This document shows, one piece after another, positions 56,105 to 64,000 of a DNA stretch of 64,000 bases. Position 1 is the first letter of the stretch; the number at the start of each line of letters is the position of its first letter. This DNA comes from Oligoflexus sp. (lineage in GTDB: Bacteria; Bdellovibrionota_B; Oligoflexia; Oligoflexales; Oligoflexaceae). Both the position numbers and the translations under genes were made by a program. The notes beneath the pieces are model-generated. The model made no database searches. It saw nothing but the letters and a program-made list of their open reading frames with translations, and had not been told where the DNA came from. Location: assembly GCA_014378195.1 (NCBI GenBank), contig JACMOC010000083.1:68149-132148 (forward strand), given 5' to 3'.

Positions 56105-59095
56105 CTAAAGGGTAATAGATCCCAATGCCCCTTTCGACGTCCAGATCATATTGCTATTGGCGTTTACGATCTGAAAGGAGCCATCATTCATCAACATTAC
56201 GCGCTCGCCGGAGTTCGAATAGGTGCCTGACGCCCAGAGAGGCTGGTTTTTAATATCGTAAATCACAAAATTACCATCCGCTTGCATCGTCGCGCGAACA
56301 GCGCCCCGCACTTCCGTGAAGCTTGCCCAGAGCGCCCTTTGATTTTTGTCGTAAAGGACAAGGTTTCCGTCGTTTTGATAACTGAGGGTATAATTACCGT
56401 CGGTTGAACAGAGGCGTTGGCCCTGCTTAAGGTCTTCGCCTTTCTCTAAAACACTGCTGCAGCCCTTGGCATCGGCAGCCAGGAAAGGCTCCCAGGTTTT
56501 ATCAAAAAAATCGGCGTGAATGAGAGTAAACCTCGTTTCCTCACCTTTAAAAGACACGATGTCTTTATCGACGGTTTTCCAACCGAAGTGGCAAGGGTAG
56601 GGGAATATCCAAGCCTTACACCAGCTAAATCCCCAGTATTCGGCAAAAACATAAAGGCGGCCGCCTAACCACGCTAGGTCGAGCGAGGTATCAAAATTTG
56701 CATTAGCCTTGAGGGCCATGACAGTTCTTCGAGCCCCGTCTGCCCTCCGAACGATCAACTGATAGTTTCCTGCTTTCGCACTGAGTGTTACTGGTAAAGC
56801 AAGTTCTACGATTCGCATTTCGCCGCCGACGCCTATGCGTGCGATTATGATGCCGATAGAAACCTGCCCGCGACCACTGGCAGCAAGCGCCGGAACGAAA
56901 TAGAGGCCGACGGCCGCCACGCGTTTTCCGCCCGGATAGGTGGCTTTTTCTTCGGGATAGGGCGCCCGCACGCGCGCATAGGCACCCATGCCGAGGTATG
57001 CCCCAAGTTCGCCGCAAACGTCGATTGAGACTGTAATGATGTAGACGGGCACGCTCGCACCTGCACAGAGTTCTTTCACAAAAAGGGCACTCGGTTTGTT
57101 GTGAATGTCCCCCTTATTGACGATTTGAGGCGCGTCTAGAAGATTCGCTGATTTTTCGATAGTCGCCGTTACACTTTTGTCTACCGTTTTATTGTGACCG
57201 TTGTCACCAAACCATTTTTCAAGTGGAAGCGAATATTCATAGTCGGCGGCCATCAGCATGCGTGAGCCGTAAATCTTGACTCCAAACGCTTTAATCGAAG
57301 GTTCAAGATAGTGTTGATCGGCTCCCGTAAGATCAAGGAACATTTCCAGATCCGCTGCAAAGAGATCCGTTTTGAGATAGCCTTGTGTTCGAATTCCCGA
57401 ACCGATTCGCGCCGATATTTTATTCGCCGACATCACGAGATGCGGACCTGCATCAAAACTCACGCGCAATTTATTTTGGTCACCCCACGCGCCTCCCCAG
57501 GACTTTTGATAGTCAGCGACAGGGTTCACAACTTTAAGGGAGGTGTCTTCGTAGGATGTATCACACTCACCATCACTATCAAGAGTCGAATCCTTAGCCG
57601 AGCAAACGTGGGTGTTGGTCGGCTCGGTCTCCTCGGATTTAAAAACGGGAAATATCATGCAGTTATCGGCTGTTGCGTCGCCATTGGTCGCCTGGGAATC
57701 GAGGTTCACCTCGGTGACGGTCTGGTCGTTTTTGAAAATCGTGGCACACGCTTTGATTCGAAAAAAAGTCTCGTTTCCCCAGACGCCTTCGTCAGCAGTT
57801 GACAAGGCTTTGTAGCTTGAGCCGAGGGCATGGACGAGTGCGGAGAAATTGAGCGATTCTTCGTTTTTGAAACCTGTGAGATCCTGAGTTGTTTTCAGTT
57901 TATCCAGCTCTGTCTGACCGGGGCTTAAAAGAGCGGACAGTGGTTGCCACCCTGGACCATCGCAGGGCGCAGTGAGAGTGTCGGATCCGCCATCGCCGGC
58001 ACAGATGGAGTAGCTGATTTGCGCTTTGTAGTGAGCGAGGTCTTCAGCTGCAGCGCCTTCAAGGACAAGCGAACCACTGGTTGTAGCAAGGGGCGAAGGC
58101 AACGTGTGATTGGTTTTATAAAGAGCAGCGGGATCTTTGTAGGGAAGCACCACGAGCGATGAGTCACTGGTAAAATCAGTCATCTTGATATTAACGCCTG
58201 GCGATTTTTCAATCAGAATTTCGTTCTGACATGCAGTGGAATTTTTATCAAATCTTAGACAAAGTCCGTTGGCACTTGTGGTTTCTTTATCAAGAGCTAC
58301 AAAGATCGGGGCGTTTGAATCGCCTGATTGAACTGCGCCGTCGGGATTAAAAACCATGGTTATGATCATACGGGCAGATCCGGTATCGCCCAGGCAGGAT
58401 TCGGGAATTTTGAGGTCAGCTTGGAAAAGCTCGCTGCCGGATCCATGTACGGATCCGTCATGTACCGCAGATGCCGACCCAATTGCGCAGGATCGCAATT
58501 CTTTATAACGTTCTTTGGGAAAATTGAGGGGTGGCGCCTCCACAAGTCCAAAACTCACGAGCATTTTTGAAGCGTCGCCTTCAATATTAAGTCCAAATCG
58601 GACACTGAGAGGGAACCCTGTATAGAAGTGGGAGCCATGACCGGATGCAAACTGCAAGTCAGATATTTTGCGGGTGGACTGCGCATAGGTAGAAAGAGGC
58701 GTTGAGAGACTTTCGCTGGTTGCGGCACGAACCGAAGGTGAGGACGGCGAAGAATTCTGGGGCGAGCTGGAGTCAGGCATGGATGCAAAGGCAGCTGACA
58801 CCGCAGTTGCTACATCCGAGGTCGACTTGGCTTTGGCTCTGGATTCATCATTGATGGGAGGAATGATGGAGATCGAGTCAATGGCCACTTGATAGCTGGT
58901 AACAGGGTACTTGATAGCAGGAGTATAGGAGTCGTGATCTGGATTGCTTGAAGCTGAAGGGGGAGTTGTGCCGTTACCGGGTGGGCCAGGTGGAGCAGGG
59001 GCCGATCCGGGCGGGCTTCCGTGTTCTGATTCTCGACAGGAAAGGGTGAAAAGTGCTAGGACAAACAGCAAATTGGTCAATTTTGATAAGCTCAT
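56105..59095 (-). CDS. Large lipoprotein with beta-sheet domain and C-terminal bulb-type (mannose-binding) lectin
   Basis: Lipobox TLSC, Pro/Ser linker, Cys-rich middle; YQNDGNLVLY and MQADGNFVIY (QxDxNxVxY), W.S motifs. Confidence 0.8.
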   Translation of the reverse strand: MSLSKLTNLLFVLALFTLSCRESEHGSPPGSAPAPPGPPGNGTTPPSASSNPDHDSYTPAIKYPVTSYQVAIDSISIIPPINDESRAKAKSTSDVATAVSAAFASMPDSSSPQNSSPSSPSVRAATSESLSTPLSTYAQSTRKISDLQFASGHGSHFYTGFPLSVRFGLNIEGDASKMLVSFGLVEAPPLNFPKERYKELRSCAIGSASAVHDGSVHGSGSELFQADLKIPESCLGDTGSARMIITMVFNPDGAVQSGDSNAPIFVALDKETTSANGLCLRFDKNSTACQNEILIEKSPGVNIKMTDFTSDSSLVVLPYKDPAALYKTNHTLPSPLATTSGSLVLEGAAAEDLAHYKAQISYSICAGDGGSDTLTAPCDGPGWQPLSALLSPGQTELDKLKTTQDLTGFKNEESLNFSALVHALGSSYKALSTADEGVWGNETFFRIKACATIFKNDQTVTEVNLDSQATNGDATADNCMIFPVFKSEETEPTNTHVCSAKDSTLDSDGECDTSYEDTSLKVVNPVADYQKSWGGAWGDQNKLRVSFDAGPHLVMSANKISARIGSGIRTQGYLKTDLFAADLEMFLDLTGADQHYLEPSIKAFGVKIYGSRMLMAADYEYSLPLEKWFGDNGHNKTVDKSVTATIEKSANLLDAPQIVNKGDIHNKPSALFVKELCAGASVPVYIITVSIDVCGELGAYLGMGAYARVRAPYPEEKATYPGGKRVAAVGLYFVPALAASGRGQVSIGIIIARIGVGGEMRIVELALPVTLSAKAGNYQLIVRRADGARRTVMALKANANFDTSLDLAWLGGRLYVFAEYWGFSWCKAWIFPYPCHFGWKTVDKDIVSFKGEETRFTLIHADFFDKTWEPFLAADAKGCSSVLEKGEDLKQGQRLCSTDGNYTLSYQNDGNLVLYDKNQRALWASFTEVRGAVRATMQADGNFVIYDIKNQPLWASGTYSNSGERVMLMNDGSFQIVNANSNMIWTSKGALGSITL

Positions 59096-59264
59096 AGGCA
59101 GGCCCTTTCACTGGCTTGATTTGATGCTTTTCATGAGGCTTTTGCACAAGGATTGTTCCTCCTCTTCTTGACAAGAGGAGACGTGAAAGTCAAGTGGGAC
59201 ATGGGGTACATAGCTATAAAGGAGTTTAGAAAAATTAGCGGTGGGATCACTTTCGAAAGCCGAA

Positions 59265-59897
59265 TCAAAAAACGCCGCGGCCCCCATTTTCAAGAGGGAC
59301 ACGTACGCCCCCAGAAATACGGCGAATATCCATAATTTCGCCATCAGCCGTGTAAGCTGAGAAATAGCTTTGCACCTCGACCCGACTTTTTTGGATATCA
59401 CTGCAGTGAGTCAAAAGCTTTGATCCGCCTTCTCTAAATTCAAAATTCATTTCAAAAAGATGGTTATCATCGAACCAGCTTGTTCTGGGTTGGGATGCAG
59501 CGGTCTCTTTCACCGAGAGGCAAAGACGGAATTGAGCGCTTTGGGGATGATTCTTAGTGTAAGCACAACGAGCCAGGGCATCGCGTTCGATCTGACTTAA
59601 GGCTAGGATTTCTTCGCGATTCATGGGGTCTTTTACGGCAATCTGGAAATTACCATGAACCGATGCGCTTTTTATATATGCGTACGGATCTTCGCAGAAC
59701 GATTGCCAGTTCGAGATGCTTTGCATGAGTCGACTCATATCGTGACTTAAACTGTCGATCGATCGCTGACTCTCGACATCACGCTCCAAAACCAGTGAAG
59801 GCGAGATGTCACCGTCTCGAAACGTCCATAAAACAGAGGCCAGACTCAAAGCGCCTAACACTCCAATGAGCCAGTAGTGAGACGATTTCGCAGGCAT
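59265..59897 (-). CDS. Hypothetical protein with N-terminal TM
   Basis: Start taken at ATG 59897 (AAGGA); single hydrophobic anchor, four Cys. Confidence 0.55.
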   Translation of the reverse strand: MPAKSSHYWLIGVLGALSLASVLWTFRDGDISPSLVLERDVESQRSIDSLSHDMSRLMQSISNWQSFCEDPYAYIKSASVHGNFQIAVKDPMNREEILALSQIERDALARCAYTKNHPQSAQFRLCLSVKETAASQPRTSWFDDNHLFEMNFEFREGGSKLLTHCSDIQKSRVEVQSYFSAYTADGEIMDIRRISGGVRVPLENGGRGVF

Positions 59898-60186
59898 GGG
59901 TATCCTTAAAGCCTCGGCGAGGCAACGGTTGGTCAAGGAGCGCAAAAAATTGGGTAGAATCGCAAATAGAACCAGTGCGGACCTGGGGGGGTTGTGCAGG
60001 ACTTCTATACTATTATTTTGGCGTAGGTAGGCAGACTCGTCAAGGGCCACGCCCCTTCGCAGTGGAATGCTCGTGAGTTAGACTTGAAGGTGGGAAGTCG
60101 CGATTGCGCTTTGCATGCTTTACGCAAAAGGGCTAACTTGCGAACTTAAATAAGTGTCCGGAAGCAGATGAGGCTCCAGTATATCT

Positions 60187-61806
60187 ATGCGTTCTAAAAT
60201 AGTAGCGGAACTCACGAGTCAGACCTTTGATGTAGCAATAGTCGGAGGAGGAATCAACGGGGCCGTTGCAGCTGCGGCTTTGTCGGCGGCGGGGCTTAAG
60301 GTTGCCTTGCTCGAAAAGAAAGACTTTGCGAGCAGCACGAGCCAGGAGTCTTCAAATCTCATCTGGGGCGGGATCAAGTATCTTGAGTCCTATGAATTTG
60401 GGCTCGTTTGGGAACTTTGCCGGTCTCGCAATGAACTGATGAAGAAGTATCCGAGTTCGGTACGGGAAATAAGGTTTTTTACCACTATTCAAAAAGGCTT
60501 TCGCAAGCCGCGTTTTTTAGTGTTTCTGGGCGCTGTTCTCTATTGGTTGATGGGGCGTTTTTATACTAAAGCACCCCGTCTACTATCCTGTGCCGCCATC
60601 AATCGTGACGAACCGATAGTTGAGACGGATAACAGTCAGGGCGGGTTTGAGTATTCGGATTGCTACCTCCGTGACAATGATGCCCGTTTTGTTTTTGGCT
60701 TTATACGACGCGCTATGCGCACAGGTGCTCAGGTTTTGAATTATGCCGAAGTTATAAGTGCTACAAAAAATGAGACCTGGTCCCTGCAGGTCAAAGATCA
60801 CGACGGAAAAGCAACGTTCGGCTTGGAGGCCAAGGTTTTCATAAACGCGGCCGGCCCTTACGCTGATGCTCTGAATCAATTAGTTTCGGTCACAACAAAA
60901 CATAAACACATTTTTTCAAAGGGCGTTCACCTCATCGTCCCTCGCCTTACGGATAACAAACGTGTTCTCACGTTTTTTGCGGATGACGGCCGTTTGTTTT
61001 TCGTGATCCCTATGGGATCCTGCACATGCATTGGCACGACCGACACACCCGTCGAGAGACTTCCCGCCGTCGTCACGGACGAAGACCGACGCTTTATTTT
61101 AGACAACATCAACAAACGCCTTCGCCTCAAAAAAACCCTGACGATGGCCGATGTGATTTCCGAACGCTGTGGCGTCAGGCCTCTTGTTAAAGAGGTCGGG
61201 TCTGCCACCGGGGCCGGTGATGACTGGATGAACCTCTCGCGCAAACACGTGATCGAGACGCAGACCGCGAAAAATCACATCAGTGTTTTCGGAGGCAAAC
61301 TCACTGACTGCCTCAATATTGGGCGTGAACTTTTCGCTGACATCACAAAGCTCGGTCTTAAAGGCCAGCTTAGAGACGACTGGTTTGGTGAGAGTGACCA
61401 CCGGGCGGCGTTTGAACGCGAAGCCGAGCAGCTTGAGCTTGGGTCTATACAGGTCGTTGGGGAAGGAACGCTCGTGGACAGACTCTGGCGTTGTTATGAC
61501 ACCGATGCCTTTGAGATCTTAAAACTGATCCGAGGCGATAAAAGTCTCGCGACTGCTATTAGCCCCCTTTCATCGGTCATACTCGCTGAGTTCAAGCATA
61601 TGGCCGATCGTGAGATGGTTTCTCATTTTGAAGATGCACTTCGTCGCCGGACTCGCCTCGCACTGGTCGTTTCGCATAAAGCTCTTGAAGCCAGCCCCGA
61701 ACTTCGCAAAGCCGCTGAGCTTCTTTTTGGCGCCCAGGCATCCATGGAATGGGATAAATATTTTCAATCCACACCCCAGGCAAAGCTGTCAGGTGAGCAC
61801 CTCTAA
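60187..61806 (+). CDS. glpD: FAD-dependent glycerol-3-phosphate dehydrogenase/oxidase family
   Basis: VGGGING, TS..SS.LIWGGIKYL, DAR, NAAGP, KGVHL, GTTD, GVRPL, LSR.H, GGKLT, RRTR. Confidence 0.85.
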   Translation: MRSKIVAELTSQTFDVAIVGGGINGAVAAAALSAAGLKVALLEKKDFASSTSQESSNLIWGGIKYLESYEFGLVWELCRSRNELMKKYPSSVREIRFFTTIQKGFRKPRFLVFLGAVLYWLMGRFYTKAPRLLSCAAINRDEPIVETDNSQGGFEYSDCYLRDNDARFVFGFIRRAMRTGAQVLNYAEVISATKNETWSLQVKDHDGKATFGLEAKVFINAAGPYADALNQLVSVTTKHKHIFSKGVHLIVPRLTDNKRVLTFFADDGRLFFVIPMGSCTCIGTTDTPVERLPAVVTDEDRRFILDNINKRLRLKKTLTMADVISERCGVRPLVKEVGSATGAGDDWMNLSRKHVIETQTAKNHISVFGGKLTDCLNIGRELFADITKLGLKGQLRDDWFGESDHRAAFEREAEQLELGSIQVVGEGTLVDRLWRCYDTDAFEILKLIRGDKSLATAISPLSSVILAEFKHMADREMVSHFEDALRRRTRLALVVSHKALEASPELRKAAELLFGAQASMEWDKYFQSTPQAKLSGEHL

Positions 61807-61830
61807 GAAAATTGACACTATAAAATCGTA

Positions 61831-61866
61831 AGGTCTAGGCGTCAAAGCGCCTAGACTTTTTCTTTT
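61831..61866 (+). terminator. Rho-independent terminator
   Basis: GTCTAGGCG-TCAAAG-CGCCTAGAC followed by TTTTTCTTTT. Confidence 0.85.
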
Positions 61867-62282
61867 CGCCCAATGGTGAGCGCATTCGAATCTTGTGTGG
61901 ATTCCGAGAGTTTGTTATTCCCGAACCGTCGAAACGGATTGACGCTTTTTTGGCCAACGGACCAGCCTATTACCTGTATTTATCTTGGCTTGGTAGAAGA
62001 CATACTTTCATAATCCTGTTACAGTTCGACATGCAAAGTCTTGTTTCGGATCCGGAACTTGGATAACGCGGTGTCCCGTTGTCACGGATCAAAGTCAGAA
62101 ATGCTGCTGACTTTTGAGTTTTTTATCATTCAGAGTGCTTTTGTTTCTTTTTCGGAAGAATTTGTATTTTCGCTTCTTCCGTAAAGGTACATAATGCGTC
62201 CTACTTAGTAGACTCAAAGTGCTAGGCTTATTTACTTGTACTTCTTGGCGGTTTCTCTTCAGACGGAAAGGATTCGTAGCGC

Positions 62283-62669
62283 ATGTGGGTCGATCCAGAT
62301 TCTTTTCATTATCTTCCTATCCTTATCCTTATGCTCATTGGCGGCATCGTCGGCGTAGTTCTGCTCGCGGCAAACGCGGTGATGGGTGGCAAGGGTAAGT
62401 ACTCGGAAAGTGCCAAATTCGATGTTTATGAGTGCGGTGTCCCTCCTGAGGGCAACGCCCGCCAGCAGTTTTCGGTTCGTTATTACGTCGTCGGTATCGT
62501 CTTTTTGCTTTTCGATGTTGAAGTGGTTTTCATGTATCCCTGGGCGGTCGTTTACAAAAAGTTTCTGACCCAAGGAAACTTCATCCTCACACAGATGATC
62601 ACATTTTTCGTGATCCTGCTGGTGGGCTACTTCTATTTGCTTGGCCGAAAAGGCCTCGACTGGGATTGA
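62283..62669 (+). CDS. nuoA: NADH-quinone oxidoreductase subunit A
   Basis: YECG, FLLFDVE..FMYPWA, KGLDW. Confidence 0.95.
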   Translation: MWVDPDSFHYLPILILMLIGGIVGVVLLAANAVMGGKGKYSESAKFDVYECGVPPEGNARQQFSVRYYVVGIVFLLFDVEVVFMYPWAVVYKKFLTQGNFILTQMITFFVILLVGYFYLLGRKGLDWD

Positions 62670-62692
62670 TTCCAAAAGAGGAGAGTTGAGTC

Positions 62693-63268
62693 ATGTCAAA
62701 AGACGGCAATGCGGGTTTTATTCCAACGCGTTTAGATTATGCGGTAAAGTGGGCCCAAAAGAACTCCCTATGGCCTTTTACATTCGGCACTTCCTGTTGC
62801 GGAATCGAAATGATGTCCACGCTCTCAGGCACCTACGACCTCGCTCGTTTTGGTGCCGAAGTTGTGCGTTTTTCGCCTAGGCAGGCAGACATGCTAATCG
62901 TGGCAGGGACCATTACGACTAAAATGTCACCCGTTTTACGGCAGGTGTACGACCAGATGCTCGAGCCCAAATGGGTGATCGCGATGGGAGCATGCTCCTC
63001 GTCGGGCGGGATTTTTGATACGTATTCCGTTCTTCAGGGTATCGACGAAATCATGCCTGTCGATATTTACGTTCCTGGTTGTCCTCCTATTCCGGAAGGC
63101 CTGATCCATGCGATTCTCAAGCTTCAGGGCGTTGTTGAATCTGGCGGCAAAAGGCCGGAGATGCATCGACTGACTCGAGAAGAGGCAAACAATGCAATGA
63201 GTTTCCGCAAGGACTCGGATGCAAGTTTGTTTGACGATTCGAAACCGTTGAAGGGCCAGCTGAAATGA
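62693..63268 (+). CDS. nuoB: NADH-quinone oxidoreductase subunit B
   Basis: [23 protein letters not shown]. Confidence 0.97.
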   Translation: MSKDGNAGFIPTRLDYAVKWAQKNSLWPFTFGTSCCGIEMMSTLSGTYDLARFGAEVVRFSPRQADMLIVAGTITTKMSPVLRQVYDQMLEPKWVIAMGACSSSGGIFDTYSVLQGIDEIMPVDIYVPGCPPIPEGLIHAILKLQGVVESGGKRPEMHRLTREEANNAMSFRKDSDASLFDDSKPLKGQLK

Positions 63269-63822
63269 GCAAACTTACGCCGAAGTTGCAGGAAGAGCAG
63301 GACCGAGTCACGGCCCTGCTCATCGAAATGTTTCCCGGGAATCGCATCGATCGCGATAAAAATGCCGAACCGGTCATGTGGCTCAACACTGCAAGCGAAC
63401 TCCTGCTTGCGGTCAAAGATCTGCGTATCGTAACAGGCCTCCAAATGGATCGTTTGTCCGACCTCACAGCCTACGACAACGTCGATGGCAGCGATGGGCC
63501 CAAACGTTTCGTCCTGGTTTATCAATTATACTCGATGCGATTCCACACGCGCGTTCGACTAAAATATTCAGTGTCTGAGAACGAATCCGTGCCCACACTT
63601 ACAAGTTTCTGGAGAGCTGCCAACTGGCTCGAGCGGGAAGTCTTTGATATGTTCGGCATCCCCTTCACGGATCACCCCGATTTACGCCGTATCATGATGG
63701 ACGAGCGCTTTGTTGGCCATCCCTTGCGCAAAGAATATCCTCTCAAGGATCGTCAGCCGTTCCCAGATAGTTTACCCGTCCGTATTGCTGCTCGGACGCC
63801 TCTTTCTTCTGGGCAGGAGTAA
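63265..63822 (+). CDS. nuoC: NADH-quinone oxidoreductase subunit C
   Basis: [22 protein letters not shown]...GHPLRKEYP. Confidence 0.96.
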   Translation: MSKLTPKLQEEQDRVTALLIEMFPGNRIDRDKNAEPVMWLNTASELLLAVKDLRIVTGLQMDRLSDLTAYDNVDGSDGPKRFVLVYQLYSMRFHTRVRLKYSVSENESVPTLTSFWRAANWLEREVFDMFGIPFTDHPDLRRIMMDERFVGHPLRKEYPLKDRQPFPDSLPVRIAARTPLSSGQE

Positions 63823-63824
63823 TC

Positions 63825-64000
63825 ATGATCAAAGATATCCGTACGACACTGCTCGATGAACGCAAAAGCCTTTCGGATTTTTATAATCCTCAGGTCCTTA
63901 TCAACATGGGTCCTTCGCATCCCGCCATGCACGGGACTTTGCGGGTGATGTGCCGCGTAAACGGCGAAGTTGTCGAAGATGCGACCTGTGAGATCGGGTA
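63825..64000 (+). CDS. nuoD: NADH-quinone oxidoreductase subunit D, 3'-truncated by window edge
   Basis: ATG 63825; INMGPSHPAMHGTLRV...IG. Confidence 0.93.
   Translation, partial: MIKDIRTTLLDERKSLSDFYNPQVLINMGPSHPAMHGTLRVMCRVNGEVVEDATCEIG

Noticed and set aside
59108-59401. 97-aa ORF
   Set aside because: Overlaps the better-supported 59265..59897 ORF and has no clear SD
61870-62280. ncRNA or Rex operator in the long nuo upstream region
   Set aside because: Only a short hairpin (AAAGTCAG...CTGACTTT) was seen; no consensus I can support

Overview
Gene-dense bacterial chromosomal window (GC roughly 50% by eye), with no prophage, transposase, CRISPR array, rRNA or tRNA that I can support. The gene content points, by inference, to Bdellovibrionota/Oligoflexia: bacterial topoisomerase VI, a TIGR04562-like protein, a CglF-like gliding protein, many Cys-rich secreted proteins and lipoproteins, and sigma-28 promoters on non-flagellar genes. 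Housekeeping genes: parE-parC, top6B-top6A, khpA-nagZ, trmB/ybeY/hlyC, rnpB, ccmABCDE-G, ttcA, recA, glpD-like and the start of the nuo operon. Main observations: (1) an RNase P RNA gene of about 700 nt whose P3 region is expanded by about 340 nt through an ERIC-like palindrome, a degenerate second copy and a 32-bp tandem repeat; (2) a two-gene module (50.6-53.3 kb) that looks like a split vitellogenin/MTP-type large lipid transfer protein, whose beta-sheet half recurs in a nearby lectin-tipped lipoprotein; (3) about nine sigma-28 (FliA)-type promoters with exact 11-nt spacers in front of envelope and secreted genes; (4) Topo IV and Topo VI 7 kb apart, Top6B carrying a long Lys-rich tail; (5) two apparent pseudoenzymes (resolvase fold after recA; transglutaminase-elicitor homolog lacking the catalytic Cys); (6) a doubly disrupted trehalose synthase/phosphatase gene; (7) two small genes missed by the ORF track (ccmD and a 49-aa membrane protein). 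All family assignments come from motif recognition by eye and recalled consensus sequences, not database searches.
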